Position numbers and translations under genes: made by a program. A stretch of DNA of 24,000 bases from Spirochaetaceae bacterium (lineage in GTDB: Bacteria; Spirochaetota; Spirochaetia; Treponematales; Breznakiellaceae): positions 2,431 through 26,430 of the forward strand of contig JAISLT010000090.1 of assembly GCA_031277165.1 (NCBI GenBank), in the 5' to 3' direction. The stretch's first letter is position 1, and the number at the start of each line of letters is the position of its first letter. Under the pieces are notes generated by a model, which saw only the letters and a list, made by a program, of their open reading frames with translations, was not told where the DNA came from and searched no databases. Shown here one piece after another: positions 1-9,244 of the stretch.

Positions 1-1154
1 ACCCATAGGGAACTAAAGTCCTTGTTGTTTATCGTAAATATCACGGTGTATTCTTCGTTGGATCCGGTTACTTCTTTTATTGCCGCCTTAATGGCGCCCT
101 GTCCGCGTATGCTGTTTTCGATGGTCCATGCAACGGCGTAGCCCATGGCGCCCACCACGCTGTCTGAGAATTTTTCAAGAAATTCCCGCTGGACCGTTCT
201 GTTGCCCTTTTCAAATAGTTCCGTTATGGCATATTCGGCGTTTTCCCCCACACAGGCGGAGGAAAGAAATTCCGCGATATGGGGGTACACCGCTTTGTTT
301 TCCCCCAGGCCGCCGGTAAAATTTTCAAGCCGTTTATCCAGGGCCGCCCGCCACGTTTCACTTTTAGGACTAACGGCGTTATTTATAAAGGGCCGAACCG
401 TATTTACCGGTATGGCGTAATTTGCCGCCTGCCGCCACAGGGCGCTTAAGGTGTTAACCCCCGCCACCACGTATCCGCCGGGGGCGTTCCGCTGGACAAT
501 CAACAGGGGGCCGCCGGAATTCCCCGGATCAACCTGGGCGGTGTGCTGGATAAAGGGCCCCATAAGGGTTTCGTCGAGCAAACTTTTGGGGAACCGTGCG
601 GTGGCGTTGGACACCATGCCCCTGCCGAACTGCCAAAGGGGGGTTACCCCCAGGCTGGGGAATCCCGCGGAGTACACATCTTCCCCCTCCTCTACGGCCC
701 GGGTAAGAAGCTGCAGGGCCCCGGCTACGGGCCTGTCCCCGGAAGCAAAGGCCAGCAGGGCCAGATCCGTTTCTTCGTCGGCGGCAATAATTTTAAGGTT
801 TTCAAAGACCCGTTTGTACCCGTCCTGCCGTTCAAAGGTGATGGAAAGGCGGTATGCCTGGGCAATCACATGGTAGTTGGTAAGAATATAGAAAGTTCCG
901 CCGGCATTGATCACAAAACCCGATCCGGTGGAACCCCTTAGGAACAGCTCCAGGGCCTTAACGGCGTCAACCTCTCCCTTTTTATCAAGATCCGCTTTGA
1001 TCTTCTCGAAATACGAAACTATATCGGGATGATAGGTTTGATTGATCAACCCCACATAATCACGCAGCACGCCGGCGGACTGGGAAAAGACCAGGGCCGG
1101 AAAGGCGGCGATAATGATAAGCACGCAAAGAAAAAAACGGCGGTATGTATTCAT
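1..1154 (-). CDS. Secreted trypsin-like serine protease (S1C/HtrA-type catalytic domain) with a C-terminal domain of unknown family; 3' end lies outside the window
   Basis: Absent from the ORF track because it is open at the window edge. My reverse-strand translation starts at ATG 1154-1152 with GGAG 5 nt upstream. It reads MNTYRRFFFACLSLSPPFPALVFSQ (signal peptide), then GSGFVINAGGTFYILTNYHVI (catalytic His), EETDLALL (Asp) and QVDPGNSGGPLL (GNSGGP Ser motif), followed by about 170 aa of helical-looking sequence. Confidence 0.8.
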   Translation of the reverse strand, partial: MNTYRRFFLCVLIIIAAFPALVFSQSAGVLRDYVGLINQTYHPDIVSYFEKIKADLDKKGEVDAVKALELFLRGSTGSGFVINAGGTFYILTNYHVIAQAYRLSITFERQDGYKRVFENLKIIAADEETDLALLAFASGDRPVAGALQLLTRAVEEGEDVYSAGFPSLGVTPLWQFGRGMVSNATARFPKSLLDETLMGPFIQHTAQVDPGNSGGPLLIVQRNAPGGYVVAGVNTLSALWRQAANYAIPVNTVRPFINNAVSPKSETWRAALDKRLENFTGGLGENKAVYPHIAEFLSSACVGENAEYAITELFEKGNRTVQREFLEKFSDSVVGAMGYAVAWTIENSIRGQGAIKAAIKEVTGSNEEYTVIFTINNKDFSSLW

Positions 1155-1163
1155 ACGTTTCTC

Positions 1164-2084
1164 CTATTTTATTTCGCCAAGTTTCCACGAGGCCAGGATT
1201 GTTCCCTTTTGAAGTACCCGAGGGTTTCCATCAGCGGAGGCGTAGTCCCAGATGGCCACACCGTATTCAATGACGGAATCCTGTCTTTTGTGATACCCGG
1301 CAATGGTATATTCCTTTCCAGCTTCAAAGCTGTAATTCAGTTCAAGGTTTTGCCCGTAGACCAGCACATCGGTACTGAACCTTTGTATATAATGACAATA
1401 ATCAAAATTCATACTGGTTCCTCCCGCGGGGACCGTGACGGTGATGGCCTCCCATACGCCGGAGGGATACATGCTCTTCTGCTCACCATCGTCGTTGTAT
1501 GCCCTCATCATAAGGCTTTTACCAAATACAAGCGTGGCGCTTCCCTGGGATCCATGGTTCTGTACAGGCGGCGACAAAACTATTTTCGGGCTGGGGAACC
1601 GGTACGTAATCTGATCCTCCCAGGCAAGTTTTTCGTTCATGTTCTGCAATGTCAAGCCGGGAAAGAGGCCCCATTCAGTCCTGTCCCGCAGGGTATACCG
1701 GTCCCCCGCTCTAAAGGTCCATTCAAAGGGCAGATCCTCCTTCCAAACAAAGGCGCCCCACGAATTGCGATCCATTAGGGTGATGGTTAAATTGATCTTT
1801 CCCGGCGGAAGATACACCACCTTGCCGGTTCGCCAGTCCACCGATATACCATTGTACGAGGTAACCCGTACAAATTGCGGGATACTCAGCCCAACGCTCT
1901 GTTCTTTGGGAAGTGTTTCGTCCCAGACAAGTACCTCACCGGCGTTTCTTTCGATATCCACCGGATAGGACATACACGAATCCAGCATCAGCGCCGCCGT
2001 TACGGCAAGAATGGACCATACTACTTTTTTCCCTAATGTAAAATTATCCAAGACACTCCCCTTTTGATAGGGAGTATAGGGCAT
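1164..2084 (-). CDS. Putative lipoprotein, beta-rich, internally duplicated, function unknown
   Basis: 306-aa ORF with signal/lipobox-like KKVVWSILAVTAALMLDSC. It has two similar modules: LPPGKINLTITL...WTFRAGDRYTL and VTVPAGGTSMNF...YSFEAGKEYTI. The stop lies 9 nt before the protease ATG. The real start is probably TTG at 2051 (GGGGAG about 5 nt upstream), because a good promoter sits inside the longest ORF. Confidence 0.65.
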   Translation of the reverse strand: MPYTPYQKGSVLDNFTLGKKVVWSILAVTAALMLDSCMSYPVDIERNAGEVLVWDETLPKEQSVGLSIPQFVRVTSYNGISVDWRTGKVVYLPPGKINLTITLMDRNSWGAFVWKEDLPFEWTFRAGDRYTLRDRTEWGLFPGLTLQNMNEKLAWEDQITYRFPSPKIVLSPPVQNHGSQGSATLVFGKSLMMRAYNDDGEQKSMYPSGVWEAITVTVPAGGTSMNFDYCHYIQRFSTDVLVYGQNLELNYSFEAGKEYTIAGYHKRQDSVIEYGVAIWDYASADGNPRVLQKGTILASWKLGEIK

Positions 2085-2101
2085 TACGGTGTTTCTGTCA
2101 A
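2073..2101 (-). promoter_or_regulatory. Sigma70-type promoter candidate for the lipoprotein-protease operon
   Basis: The minus strand reads TTGACA (2101-2096), a 17-nt spacer, then TATACT (2078-2073). The predicted transcript start is downstream of the ATG at 2084, which favours the TTG 2051 start. Confidence 0.5.
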
Positions 2102-2127
2102 ATACAGTAATTGTAAAATACAGTAAT
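2101..2127. repeat. Direct repeat AATACAGTAAT x2 separated by TGTAA
   Basis: Exact 11-nt copies at 2101-2111 and 2117-2127, immediately upstream of and touching the -35 of the predicted promoter. Confidence 0.6.
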
Positions 2128-2327
2128 GATTGGGCTTACCAAAACTTCAGTTTCTGAACAACAACCATTTAAAAAAATGATACGCCGGAGGATCCGTCAA
2201 AAAAAGGTAAAAATTTCTACCCATGGCCGAAGTATCAGCCGCAGGTGTATGTGTTTGTTCTTTGAATCTAAGGCTGCGATTTTTAAAGAGCCGGGCTGTT
2301 CCAAAATTCCAGATTTTGAAACCCCCG

Positions 2328-2966
2328 CTACTGTATCCCCAAAACGGTTTTAAAATTTTCCACCACCTGCACCGGGGGAGGGGCCGCGTCCACGTTCACC
2401 AAAAGGCCCCTTTCACGGTAGTAGCCGATAAGGGGGGAGGTTTGTTCCCGGTAAACCTCCAGGCGCCGGACAATGGCTTCTTTTTTATCGTCCTCCCGGA
2501 TATAGAGGTCTCCGCCGCAGGAATCGCAGGTGTTTTCTTTCTTGGGCCGGCTGAACAGGATATGAAAATTTGCCCCGCAGTTCCGGCAGGTCCTTCGGCC
2601 TCCAAGCCGCTGCAGAATAATGGCATCGGCAAGGTCAAAGTTTATTACCCTGTCCGGGGCGGAAAAATCCGCCAGGGCCTCCGCCTGGGGTATGGTCCGG
2701 GGAAAGCCGTCCAGGATATAGCCTTCCCGGGCATCATCCTGGGAAAGCCTGTCTTTAACCAGGGCGATGGTGGTCCCGTCATCCACAAGTTTGCCCGCAT
2801 CGATGACGGCCTTTACGGTTAGGCCCAATGCGGTCTTTGCCGCCATGGCCTCCCGGAAAATATTTCCCGTACTGATGTGGGGAACCTTAACAATGTCCAC
2901 CGCCCTGGCCGCCAGGGTGCCCTTTCCGGCCCCGGGGGGGCCTAAAAAAATCAGTTTCTTACTCAT
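2328..2966 (-). CDS. adk: Adenylate kinase with zinc-binding lid
   Basis: MSKKLIFLGPPGAGKGT P-loop at the N-terminus, YILDGFPRT, and a lid with CRNCG...CDSCGG (CxxC-x16-CxxC). I chose the start at internal ATG 2966 of ORF 2328..3041 because it gives the canonical N-terminus. Confidence 0.93.
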   Translation of the reverse strand: MSKKLIFLGPPGAGKGTLAARAVDIVKVPHISTGNIFREAMAAKTALGLTVKAVIDAGKLVDDGTTIALVKDRLSQDDAREGYILDGFPRTIPQAEALADFSAPDRVINFDLADAIILQRLGGRRTCRNCGANFHILFSRPKKENTCDSCGGDLYIREDDKKEAIVRRLEVYREQTSPLIGYYRERGLLVNVDAAPPPVQVVENFKTVLGIQ

Positions 2967-3060
2967 ACTAGAAAGTGTATCATCCCCCCTTAAACTTTCA
3001 AGTCCGTATTGGGCTCCGGCTCTTATCTGTCCGCAAAGCAAGCGGCCCGGCGGACGGACC

Positions 3061-6000
3061 CTAATTACCGATCCTTCCAGTACGGCGGCGGGCGGTTTCG
3101 ACGGGAATACCCTTCCGTTTTGCCCAGGCTTCCAGTTGATCCGGGGCTATTTCGCCGGCGCCAAAGTAACAGGCCTGGGGATGGGCAAAGTACATGCCGC
3201 AGATCGATGCGGCGGGGTTTATCATGGAGGAGCCGGTTAAGGTAAGGCCTATTCGTTGGGGAATTTCCAAAAGGCGGAAGCAAATTTCCTTATCCCGGTG
3301 ATCCGGGCAGGCGGCATAGCCGAAGGCGGGGCGTATACCCCGGTACTTGCCCTTAAGAACATCTTCGGCGGGCAGATTTTCGCCGGGGCTGTATCCCCAA
3401 AGTTCACGGCGTACCCGCCGGTGAAGTTCTTCGGCAAAGGCCTCGGCCAGCCGGTTTGCCAACGAAGCCAGCAGCAGGGCGCTGTAATCGTCGTGCCGGC
3501 TTTTGTAAAGCGCCGACGGTTCTTCCAGGCCAAACCCCGCGGAAAGGGCAAAGAGTCCCAGCCAATCAAACCGGGGCTTTTTCTTTGCCGCCCTTAGTTC
3601 CAGGTACTTTGCCCTGGGCAGAATAAAATCCGCCAAACACAGGTTTGCTTCGGCGGCCAGGGGCCCCGAAGCCGCCGGGCCGGATCTGCCGGCGGGCTTT
3701 TTTTCCTGGTTCCGCAAAAAGCAAAACCGGTCCAGTTCTTCTTCCATACCCGGGGAACCCTCCGCTGCTTCCCGGTAAAGCACCACGTCCTCGTCCTCCG
3801 ACAGGGCGGGGAAGAACCCCGCCACGGCCCGCAGGGAAAGGAGTTTTTCTTCCCGGATCCGGTTAAGAAGCATCCGGGCATCTTCGGCAAGTTTTTGCCG
3901 GGCCTCGGTTCCCGGCCCGGAGCCTGGGGTTTCGGCATCCGCCGTTTCCTTGGGCAGGTCCCAGGATGCATAAAAATCCTCCCAGTCGATGTAGGGAATG
4001 ACCCTTTCCAGGGGATAATCGGTATAGCAGATGATCCCCCTGGTATGGGGGGGGCTGGGGGGATCATCCCAGGGGGGAGAGAATTTATGGGACCGGGCTT
4101 CTTCCAGGCTAAGAAAGACCCGTTTTTCGCCGATGCGTTTATGAAGGTCCCTGGCTTTGGCGTATTCCCGTTCCAGTTTTTCCAGAAAGGCCCCTTTGGT
4201 TTTTGGCGAAAGAAGGGACCGGACAACCGGAGGGGTCTGGCCGGCGTCTTTGACATACACCACGGGGCCGGAATAGGCCGGGGCAATACGGAGGCTTGTA
4301 TGGGCCACGCCGGCGGCGGCCCCGCCAATCAGCAGGGGTACGGTGAACCGTTCCCGTTCCATGGCTTCGGCCACCCGGACCATTTCGTCCAAAGAGGGGC
4401 TGATAAGCCCGGAGAGGCCCACGCAGTCGGCGTCTGTTTCCTGGGCAGCCTTAAGTATGGTCTCGGCGGGAACCATCACCCCCAGGTCTATAACCTTATA
4501 GCCGTTGCAGCCCAGGATTACCCCCACAATATTTTTCCCTATGTCGTGGACATCCCCCTTAACGGTGGCAAGCACTATCTTTCCCGCCCCCTGTTCGTTC
4601 CCGGTCCCTGTCATAAAGGGTTCCAGGACCGCCACCGCCTTCTTCATTACCCTGGCACTTCGAATTACCTGGGGAAGAAACATCTTTCCTTCGCCGAAAC
4701 GTTCCCCCACTTCTTCAATGCCCCGCATCAGGGGGCCCTCGATAATTTCCAGGGGCTGCAGCCCCCGGTCATGCAGTTCCAGCACATCATCCCCGATATA
4801 TTTATCGATGCCCCTTAAAAGCCCCTGGGCAACCCGTTCTTCCGCAGGCAGGGTCCGCCATTCGGGAAGGGCGGCGCCGCCGGATTCTTCCGGCTTTTCC
4901 CTGGTCCCCAGGGCCAAAAGCCGGTCCGTGGAGGACCGTCCGGTATTCCGGCACAGGACCGCATCCTCCGCGGCTTCCCGCAGATCCGGCCGTATCTCGT
5001 CGCAGGAAACGATCCCCGCGGGATTAAGGATCCCCATGGAAAGTCCCGCATCGATGGCATGCTTAAGAAAGACCCCGTGCAGGGCCCGGCGGATCTCTTC
5101 GCTGCCCCGGAAGCTGAAGGAAAGGTTGGAAATTCCCCCGGAGATATGAACCCCGGGACAATGTTCCCGGATCCAGCCGCAGGCGCGGATAAAATCCAGG
5201 GCATAGCGGTCGTGCTCTTCCATCCCCGTGCAAATGGTAAGCACATTGGGATCAAAGACAATGTCCTCCGGCGGAAACCCCGCGCCGGTCAGAAGTTTGT
5301 AGGACCGGTCTGCGATTTCTATCTTCCGATCGCAGCTTAATGCCTGGCCCTGTTCGTCAAAGAGCATCACCACCACGGCGGCGCCGTACCGGCGGACCAG
5401 CCGGGCCCGGTGAAGAAATTCCCCCTCCCCCTCCTTAAGGCTTATGGAATTGACCAGCCCCTTTCCCTGCATGCACTTAAGGGCGGCCTCTAAAATTTCC
5501 CACCGGGAACTGTCCGCCATCACCGGCACCCGGGCAATTTCGGGATCCGACAACATCAGCGTAAGAAAGCGAACCATGGTTTCCCTGCCGGGAAGAAGGG
5601 CATCGTCCATACATACGTCGATGATCCGGGCCCCGGCGGCGATCATCTCCCGGGCTATATCCAGGGCCTCTTCCCAGGAATTGTTCTGCACCAGGCGAAG
5701 GAATTTTTTGCTTCCCGCCACATTGGTCCGTTCCCCTATGTCGATAAATTCCTTCCCCACCGGAAGCGCCTCCAGTCCCGCCAGCATGGTCCGTTTTTCT
5801 AAGGGGGGGATCCGCCGGGGACCGTACTGCTTTGCCAGTGCCGCGATCGCGGCAATATGATCCGGGGTGGTGCCGCAGCAGCCCCCAATGATATTCACCA
5901 GTCCCCGTTCCAAAAATTCCCCTATGTACCGGGCCGTTTCGCCGGGGCCTTCGTCGTATGCGCCCAGGCTGTTCGGAAGCCCCGCATTGGGATGGCAGCT

Positions 6001-6798
6001 TACCAGAAAGGGGGTAAAAGACGAAAGGGCCGCCAGATGGGGAAGAATTTTTTCCGCCCCCAGGGAACAGTTAAGGCCCAGGGACCAGGGGTTCCCGTGG
6101 GACACGGAAACGGCAAAGGCCTCCAGGGTTTGTCCCGAAAGGATCCGCCCCGAGGCGTCCGAAATAGTGGCGGAGATCATCAGGGGGATCTCTTCGTTCC
6201 GTTCTTTCCGGATCCGCAGGATCGCCGCAATGGCGGCCTTGGCGTTAAGGGTGTCGAAGATCGTTTCCAGCAGAAGGATATGGGCGCCGCCGTCCAAAAG
6301 TCCCCGGGCGTTATCGTAATAGGCGGCCTCAAGCTCGTCCCAGCTTATGCTCCGCCGTCCCGGATCGTCCATGTCCGGAGAGATGCTTCCGCTCTTGGAG
6401 GTGGGGCCCATGCTCCCCGCCGCAAACCGGGGTTTTTCGGAAGATGAAAATTTCTCCGCCGCATTCCGGGCAAGGCCCGCGGCGGCCCGGCTTATTTCAT
6501 AGGCCCTGTCTTCCAGGCCGTAATCCGCCAGGGAAACAGAGGTGGCATTAAAACTGCAGCTTGTGACAATATCCGCCCCGGCCATAAGGTAGCTTTCGTG
6601 GATGGACGATATAAGATTGGGCCGGGTAATGCAGAGCAGATCGTTACATCCCTTAAGATTCACCGGGTGGGAGGCAAATTCCCCGCCCCGGTATTCCGCC
6701 TCCCCCAGTTTATGGTCCAGGATTACGGATCCCAGGGCTCCGTCAAGAATAAGAATCCGTTCCCGGGCTATAGAATCCAGTTCCTTTTGAATATCCAT
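3061..6798 (-). CDS. metH: Cobalamin-dependent methionine synthase, full five-module form
   Basis: ORF of 1259 aa (1245 aa from ATG 6798, MDIQKELD...). It shows the Hcy-binding GGCCGTTPDHI, pterin-binding NVAGSKKF, B12-binding DVHDIGKNIVGVILGCNGY (DxHxxG) and a C-terminal AdoMet-activation region with RPAFGYAACPDH. Confidence 0.95.
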   Translation of the reverse strand: MDIQKELDSIARERILILDGALGSVILDHKLGEAEYRGGEFASHPVNLKGCNDLLCITRPNLISSIHESYLMAGADIVTSCSFNATSVSLADYGLEDRAYEISRAAAGLARNAAEKFSSSEKPRFAAGSMGPTSKSGSISPDMDDPGRRSISWDELEAAYYDNARGLLDGGAHILLLETIFDTLNAKAAIAAILRIRKERNEEIPLMISATISDASGRILSGQTLEAFAVSVSHGNPWSLGLNCSLGAEKILPHLAALSSFTPFLVSCHPNAGLPNSLGAYDEGPGETARYIGEFLERGLVNIIGGCCGTTPDHIAAIAALAKQYGPRRIPPLEKRTMLAGLEALPVGKEFIDIGERTNVAGSKKFLRLVQNNSWEEALDIAREMIAAGARIIDVCMDDALLPGRETMVRFLTLMLSDPEIARVPVMADSSRWEILEAALKCMQGKGLVNSISLKEGEGEFLHRARLVRRYGAAVVVMLFDEQGQALSCDRKIEIADRSYKLLTGAGFPPEDIVFDPNVLTICTGMEEHDRYALDFIRACGWIREHCPGVHISGGISNLSFSFRGSEEIRRALHGVFLKHAIDAGLSMGILNPAGIVSCDEIRPDLREAAEDAVLCRNTGRSSTDRLLALGTREKPEESGGAALPEWRTLPAEERVAQGLLRGIDKYIGDDVLELHDRGLQPLEIIEGPLMRGIEEVGERFGEGKMFLPQVIRSARVMKKAVAVLEPFMTGTGNEQGAGKIVLATVKGDVHDIGKNIVGVILGCNGYKVIDLGVMVPAETILKAAQETDADCVGLSGLISPSLDEMVRVAEAMERERFTVPLLIGGAAAGVAHTSLRIAPAYSGPVVYVKDAGQTPPVVRSLLSPKTKGAFLEKLEREYAKARDLHKRIGEKRVFLSLEEARSHKFSPPWDDPPSPPHTRGIICYTDYPLERVIPYIDWEDFYASWDLPKETADAETPGSGPGTEARQKLAEDARMLLNRIREEKLLSLRAVAGFFPALSEDEDVVLYREAAEGSPGMEEELDRFCFLRNQEKKPAGRSGPAASGPLAAEANLCLADFILPRAKYLELRAAKKKPRFDWLGLFALSAGFGLEEPSALYKSRHDDYSALLLASLANRLAEAFAEELHRRVRRELWGYSPGENLPAEDVLKGKYRGIRPAFGYAACPDHRDKEICFRLLEIPQRIGLTLTGSSMINPAASICGMYFAHPQACYFGAGEIAPDQLEAWAKRKGIPVETARRRTGRIGN

Positions 6799-7044
6799 GC
6801 ATAAAGTAAAACAGAAAGGGCGGACTTTTTCCAGATACAAAGATTTTGGGATTCGGATGTTTTCGCTGGGGAAATACCGGGGTAATTGCCGCCCCTGCAG
6901 AACGGCTTTTAGACTCCAGGGATTTGGGTTTATCCGGTAAGAAATCAGCTCATTCCTGATAAATAATTACAATCGGAATTTCCGGACAATTTCGGTGGTC
7001 TGAGGGTAACTTAGTTGATTTCATCGCGGGAAAGACTTACCCTT

Positions 7045-7836
7045 ATGTATATGGACATATCTTTGGAACTTATTCCCCGCAGTGTTTCTTCTTTGAAGGA
7101 AGACTTTTTACTTTGCCGGTCCTGGGGCGCCATAAACTATATCAATATCCCCGATCTAACCCGGTTTCCAATCCGGTCCTGGGAAGCCTGTGCTTCCTTT
7201 CCGCCGGATGCGGATACCCCGGCACTTATGCCTCACCTGCGGGCCCGGGACTTTTCGCCGGAGGAGCCCTTTCCCCTGGTTGAGCATTTTCGGGCGGGGC
7301 GTATCCGCCAGGTCCTGGTTATTGCGGGGGATCCCCCAAAGGAGAGGGAAAAAAATCCGGCGGAAGATTTTTTCCCTTCGGCCCTTTCCAGGGGATCCAA
7401 AAAAGAATCCGCCACCACCGGGTTTATTAAAAAACTTAAGACAGAAATGCCGGAACTTGAAATTTACGCCGCCTTTGATCCCTACCGTACCAATATCCGC
7501 TACGAACTGGATTACCTGGAGGCCAAGAAAGAAGCGGGGGCCGCCGGATTTTTTAGCCAGCCCTTTTTTGATCTGCGGCTGCTGGAAATTTACGCCGAAT
7601 ACCTGGAGGGCAGGCGGGTTTTTTGGGGAGTCGCCCCGGTTCTTACCACCGGAAGCCGCTTGTACTGGGAATCCCGAAACAGGGCGGTCTTTCCCCGGTC
7701 CTTTAGGGCGGATCTTTCCTGGAACGTTGAATTTGCCGCACAGGTGATCGATTTTTGCGGACGCAGCAATTTTAACCTTTACCTTATGCCCATTAAGCTG
7801 GATTTAAAAACCTACCTTCAGGAAATTTTCAAATGA
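7045..7836 (+). CDS. metF: Methylenetetrahydrofolate reductase family protein (short MetF-like)
   Basis: It aligns by eye to E. coli MetF blocks. These are ISLELIPR (VSFEFFPPR), MPHLRARD (APHLTCID), IRQVLVIAGDPP (IRHIVALRGDLP), IYAAFDPY (VAAYPE), EAGAAGFFSQPFFD (DAGANRAITQFFFD) and WGVAPVL (IPGILPV). The start is uncertain (TTG 7015, ATG 7045 or ATG 7051) and there is no clear SD. Confidence 0.7.
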   Translation: MYMDISLELIPRSVSSLKEDFLLCRSWGAINYINIPDLTRFPIRSWEACASFPPDADTPALMPHLRARDFSPEEPFPLVEHFRAGRIRQVLVIAGDPPKEREKNPAEDFFPSALSRGSKKESATTGFIKKLKTEMPELEIYAAFDPYRTNIRYELDYLEAKKEAGAAGFFSQPFFDLRLLEIYAEYLEGRRVFWGVAPVLTTGSRLYWESRNRAVFPRSFRADLSWNVEFAAQVIDFCGRSNFNLYLMPIKLDLKTYLQEIFK

Positions 7837-9200
7837 CCCTGGGCGCACAAAAATTTTCCCTCTTTGGCGACAAACAGTTTTACCGGTCCCTATTTTCGCT
7901 GGCGATTCCGATTATGCTCCAGAACCTTGTCAATTCATTTGTAAACATGGTTGATACAATAATGATAGGAAGGCTGGGAACCGCCGAGATAGCCGCGGTG
8001 GGCCTGGGGAATCAGGTATTTTTTCTTTTTACCATGGTGCTCTTTGGCATTTGTTCCGGGGGCGCAATTTTTACCGCCCAGTTCTGGGGAAAAAAGGACA
8101 TCCAGGGGATACGGAAAAATGCCGGCCTTTGCTTTTTCCTTGATACCACCGTGGCCCTGATCTTTACGATCCTGGCGCTTACCGTCCCCGAAGGCATTAT
8201 TGGCTTCTATTCCAAGGATCCCCGGGTGATTAGCATCGGGGCGGTATACATTAAAACCCTGGCCCCCGCATACATACCCTTTGGAATAAGCTTTGTCTTT
8301 ATGCTTACCCTTCGTTCAATCGAACGGGTCCGTCTTGCCATGGTGGCCGCCTTGATTGCCCTTTCCATTAATATGGGCCTTAACTGGATTTTTATTTTTG
8401 GCGCCGGCCCCGTTCCCGCCATGGGGGTTAGGGGCGCGGCGATTGCCACCGTCATTGCCCGGATTGTGGAAATGCTTATTCTGGTTACCGTAAGCTACCG
8501 GCGAAAGTATCAAATGGCCGGAACCCTGCGGGAATACACGGGGTTTAATCTGGCCTTTGCGGGCCGTTTTCTCCGCATCACCGGGCCGGTAATTTTTAAC
8601 GAATTTATCTGGGCCCTGGGCATAACCGTCCAAACCATTATTTTTGCCCGGACCGGCACAGACGCCGTGGCGGCCTTTAATATTACCAATACCTTCTCTC
8701 AACTTACCTGGGTTGTGTTCATTGGCCTTGGAAACGGCGTTGCCGTCTTGATTGGCAAAAAAATCGGGGAGGGGGCGGAAGCCACCGCCAGGGATTATGC
8801 AAACCGGATTGTCATATTTGCCACCCTCCTTGCCGCGGTGGTGGCCCTGCTGCTGTACCCCTTCTCTCTGCTGCTGCCCTTGATTTTTAATGTGAACCCC
8901 CAGGTGCTGCGGTATATCTCGATCATGTTTATTATCCTCTGCTGTTCCTATCCCTTCCGGGCCTTTAATATGAATTTGATTGTGGGGGTGTGCCGCGCCG
9001 GGGGTGATACAATTTTTTGCGTCCTTTTTGAGGTGTTCGTCATGTGGGGTTATTCCCTGCCCCTGGGGGCGGCGATGGCCTTTTTAGTCCACGCCCCGGT
9101 GTGGCTTATATACCTGTGCCTGTGCAGCGAAGACATATTTAAGATGATCATCGGCCTTTGGCGGCTAAAATCAGGCCGATGGCTGCGAACCCTGGTCTAA
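7833..9200 (+). CDS. MATE family efflux transporter
   Basis: 455 aa and polytopic, with the typical N-terminus LAIPIMLQNLVNSFVNMVDTIMIGRLGTAEIAAVGL. The start overlaps the upstream stop as ATGA. Confidence 0.9.
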   Translation: MTLGAQKFSLFGDKQFYRSLFSLAIPIMLQNLVNSFVNMVDTIMIGRLGTAEIAAVGLGNQVFFLFTMVLFGICSGGAIFTAQFWGKKDIQGIRKNAGLCFFLDTTVALIFTILALTVPEGIIGFYSKDPRVISIGAVYIKTLAPAYIPFGISFVFMLTLRSIERVRLAMVAALIALSINMGLNWIFIFGAGPVPAMGVRGAAIATVIARIVEMLILVTVSYRRKYQMAGTLREYTGFNLAFAGRFLRITGPVIFNEFIWALGITVQTIIFARTGTDAVAAFNITNTFSQLTWVVFIGLGNGVAVLIGKKIGEGAEATARDYANRIVIFATLLAAVVALLLYPFSLLLPLIFNVNPQVLRYISIMFIILCCSYPFRAFNMNLIVGVCRAGGDTIFCVLFEVFVMWGYSLPLGAAMAFLVHAPVWLIYLCLCSEDIFKMIIGLWRLKSGRWLRTLV

Positions 9201-9214
9201 TGGCACACGGGTGG

Positions 9215-9244
9215 TTGACCTTAGCGCCTATACCCCGGTAAAAT
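9215..9244 (+). promoter_or_regulatory. Sigma70-type promoter candidate for the C-N hydrolase gene
   Basis: TTGACC (9215-9220), an 18-nt spacer, then TAAAAT (9239-9244). This would give a leader of about 95 nt. Confidence 0.45.

Noticed and set aside
128-1778. Plus-strand ORFs 128..319, 145..420, 451..876, 543..941 and 1029..1778
   Set aside because: They lie antisense to the well-supported protease and lipoprotein genes. They translate to Pro/Arg/Gly-rich strings and have no SD. They are shadow ORFs of a GC-rich third-position codon style.
3065-6804. About 15 ORFs overlapping metH on both strands (for example 3895..4818 +, 3594..4328 -, 4505..5149 +, 5857..6447 +)
   Set aside because: All lie inside the 1245-aa metH gene, whose domain motifs are unambiguous. 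The alternative frames are low-complexity (P/G/R/S-rich).
6799-7014. SAM, SAH, B12 or THF riboswitch in the metH leader
   Set aside because: I searched by eye on both strands for the S-box, the B12 box (GCCACUG-like) and SAM-II/SAH cores, and found none.
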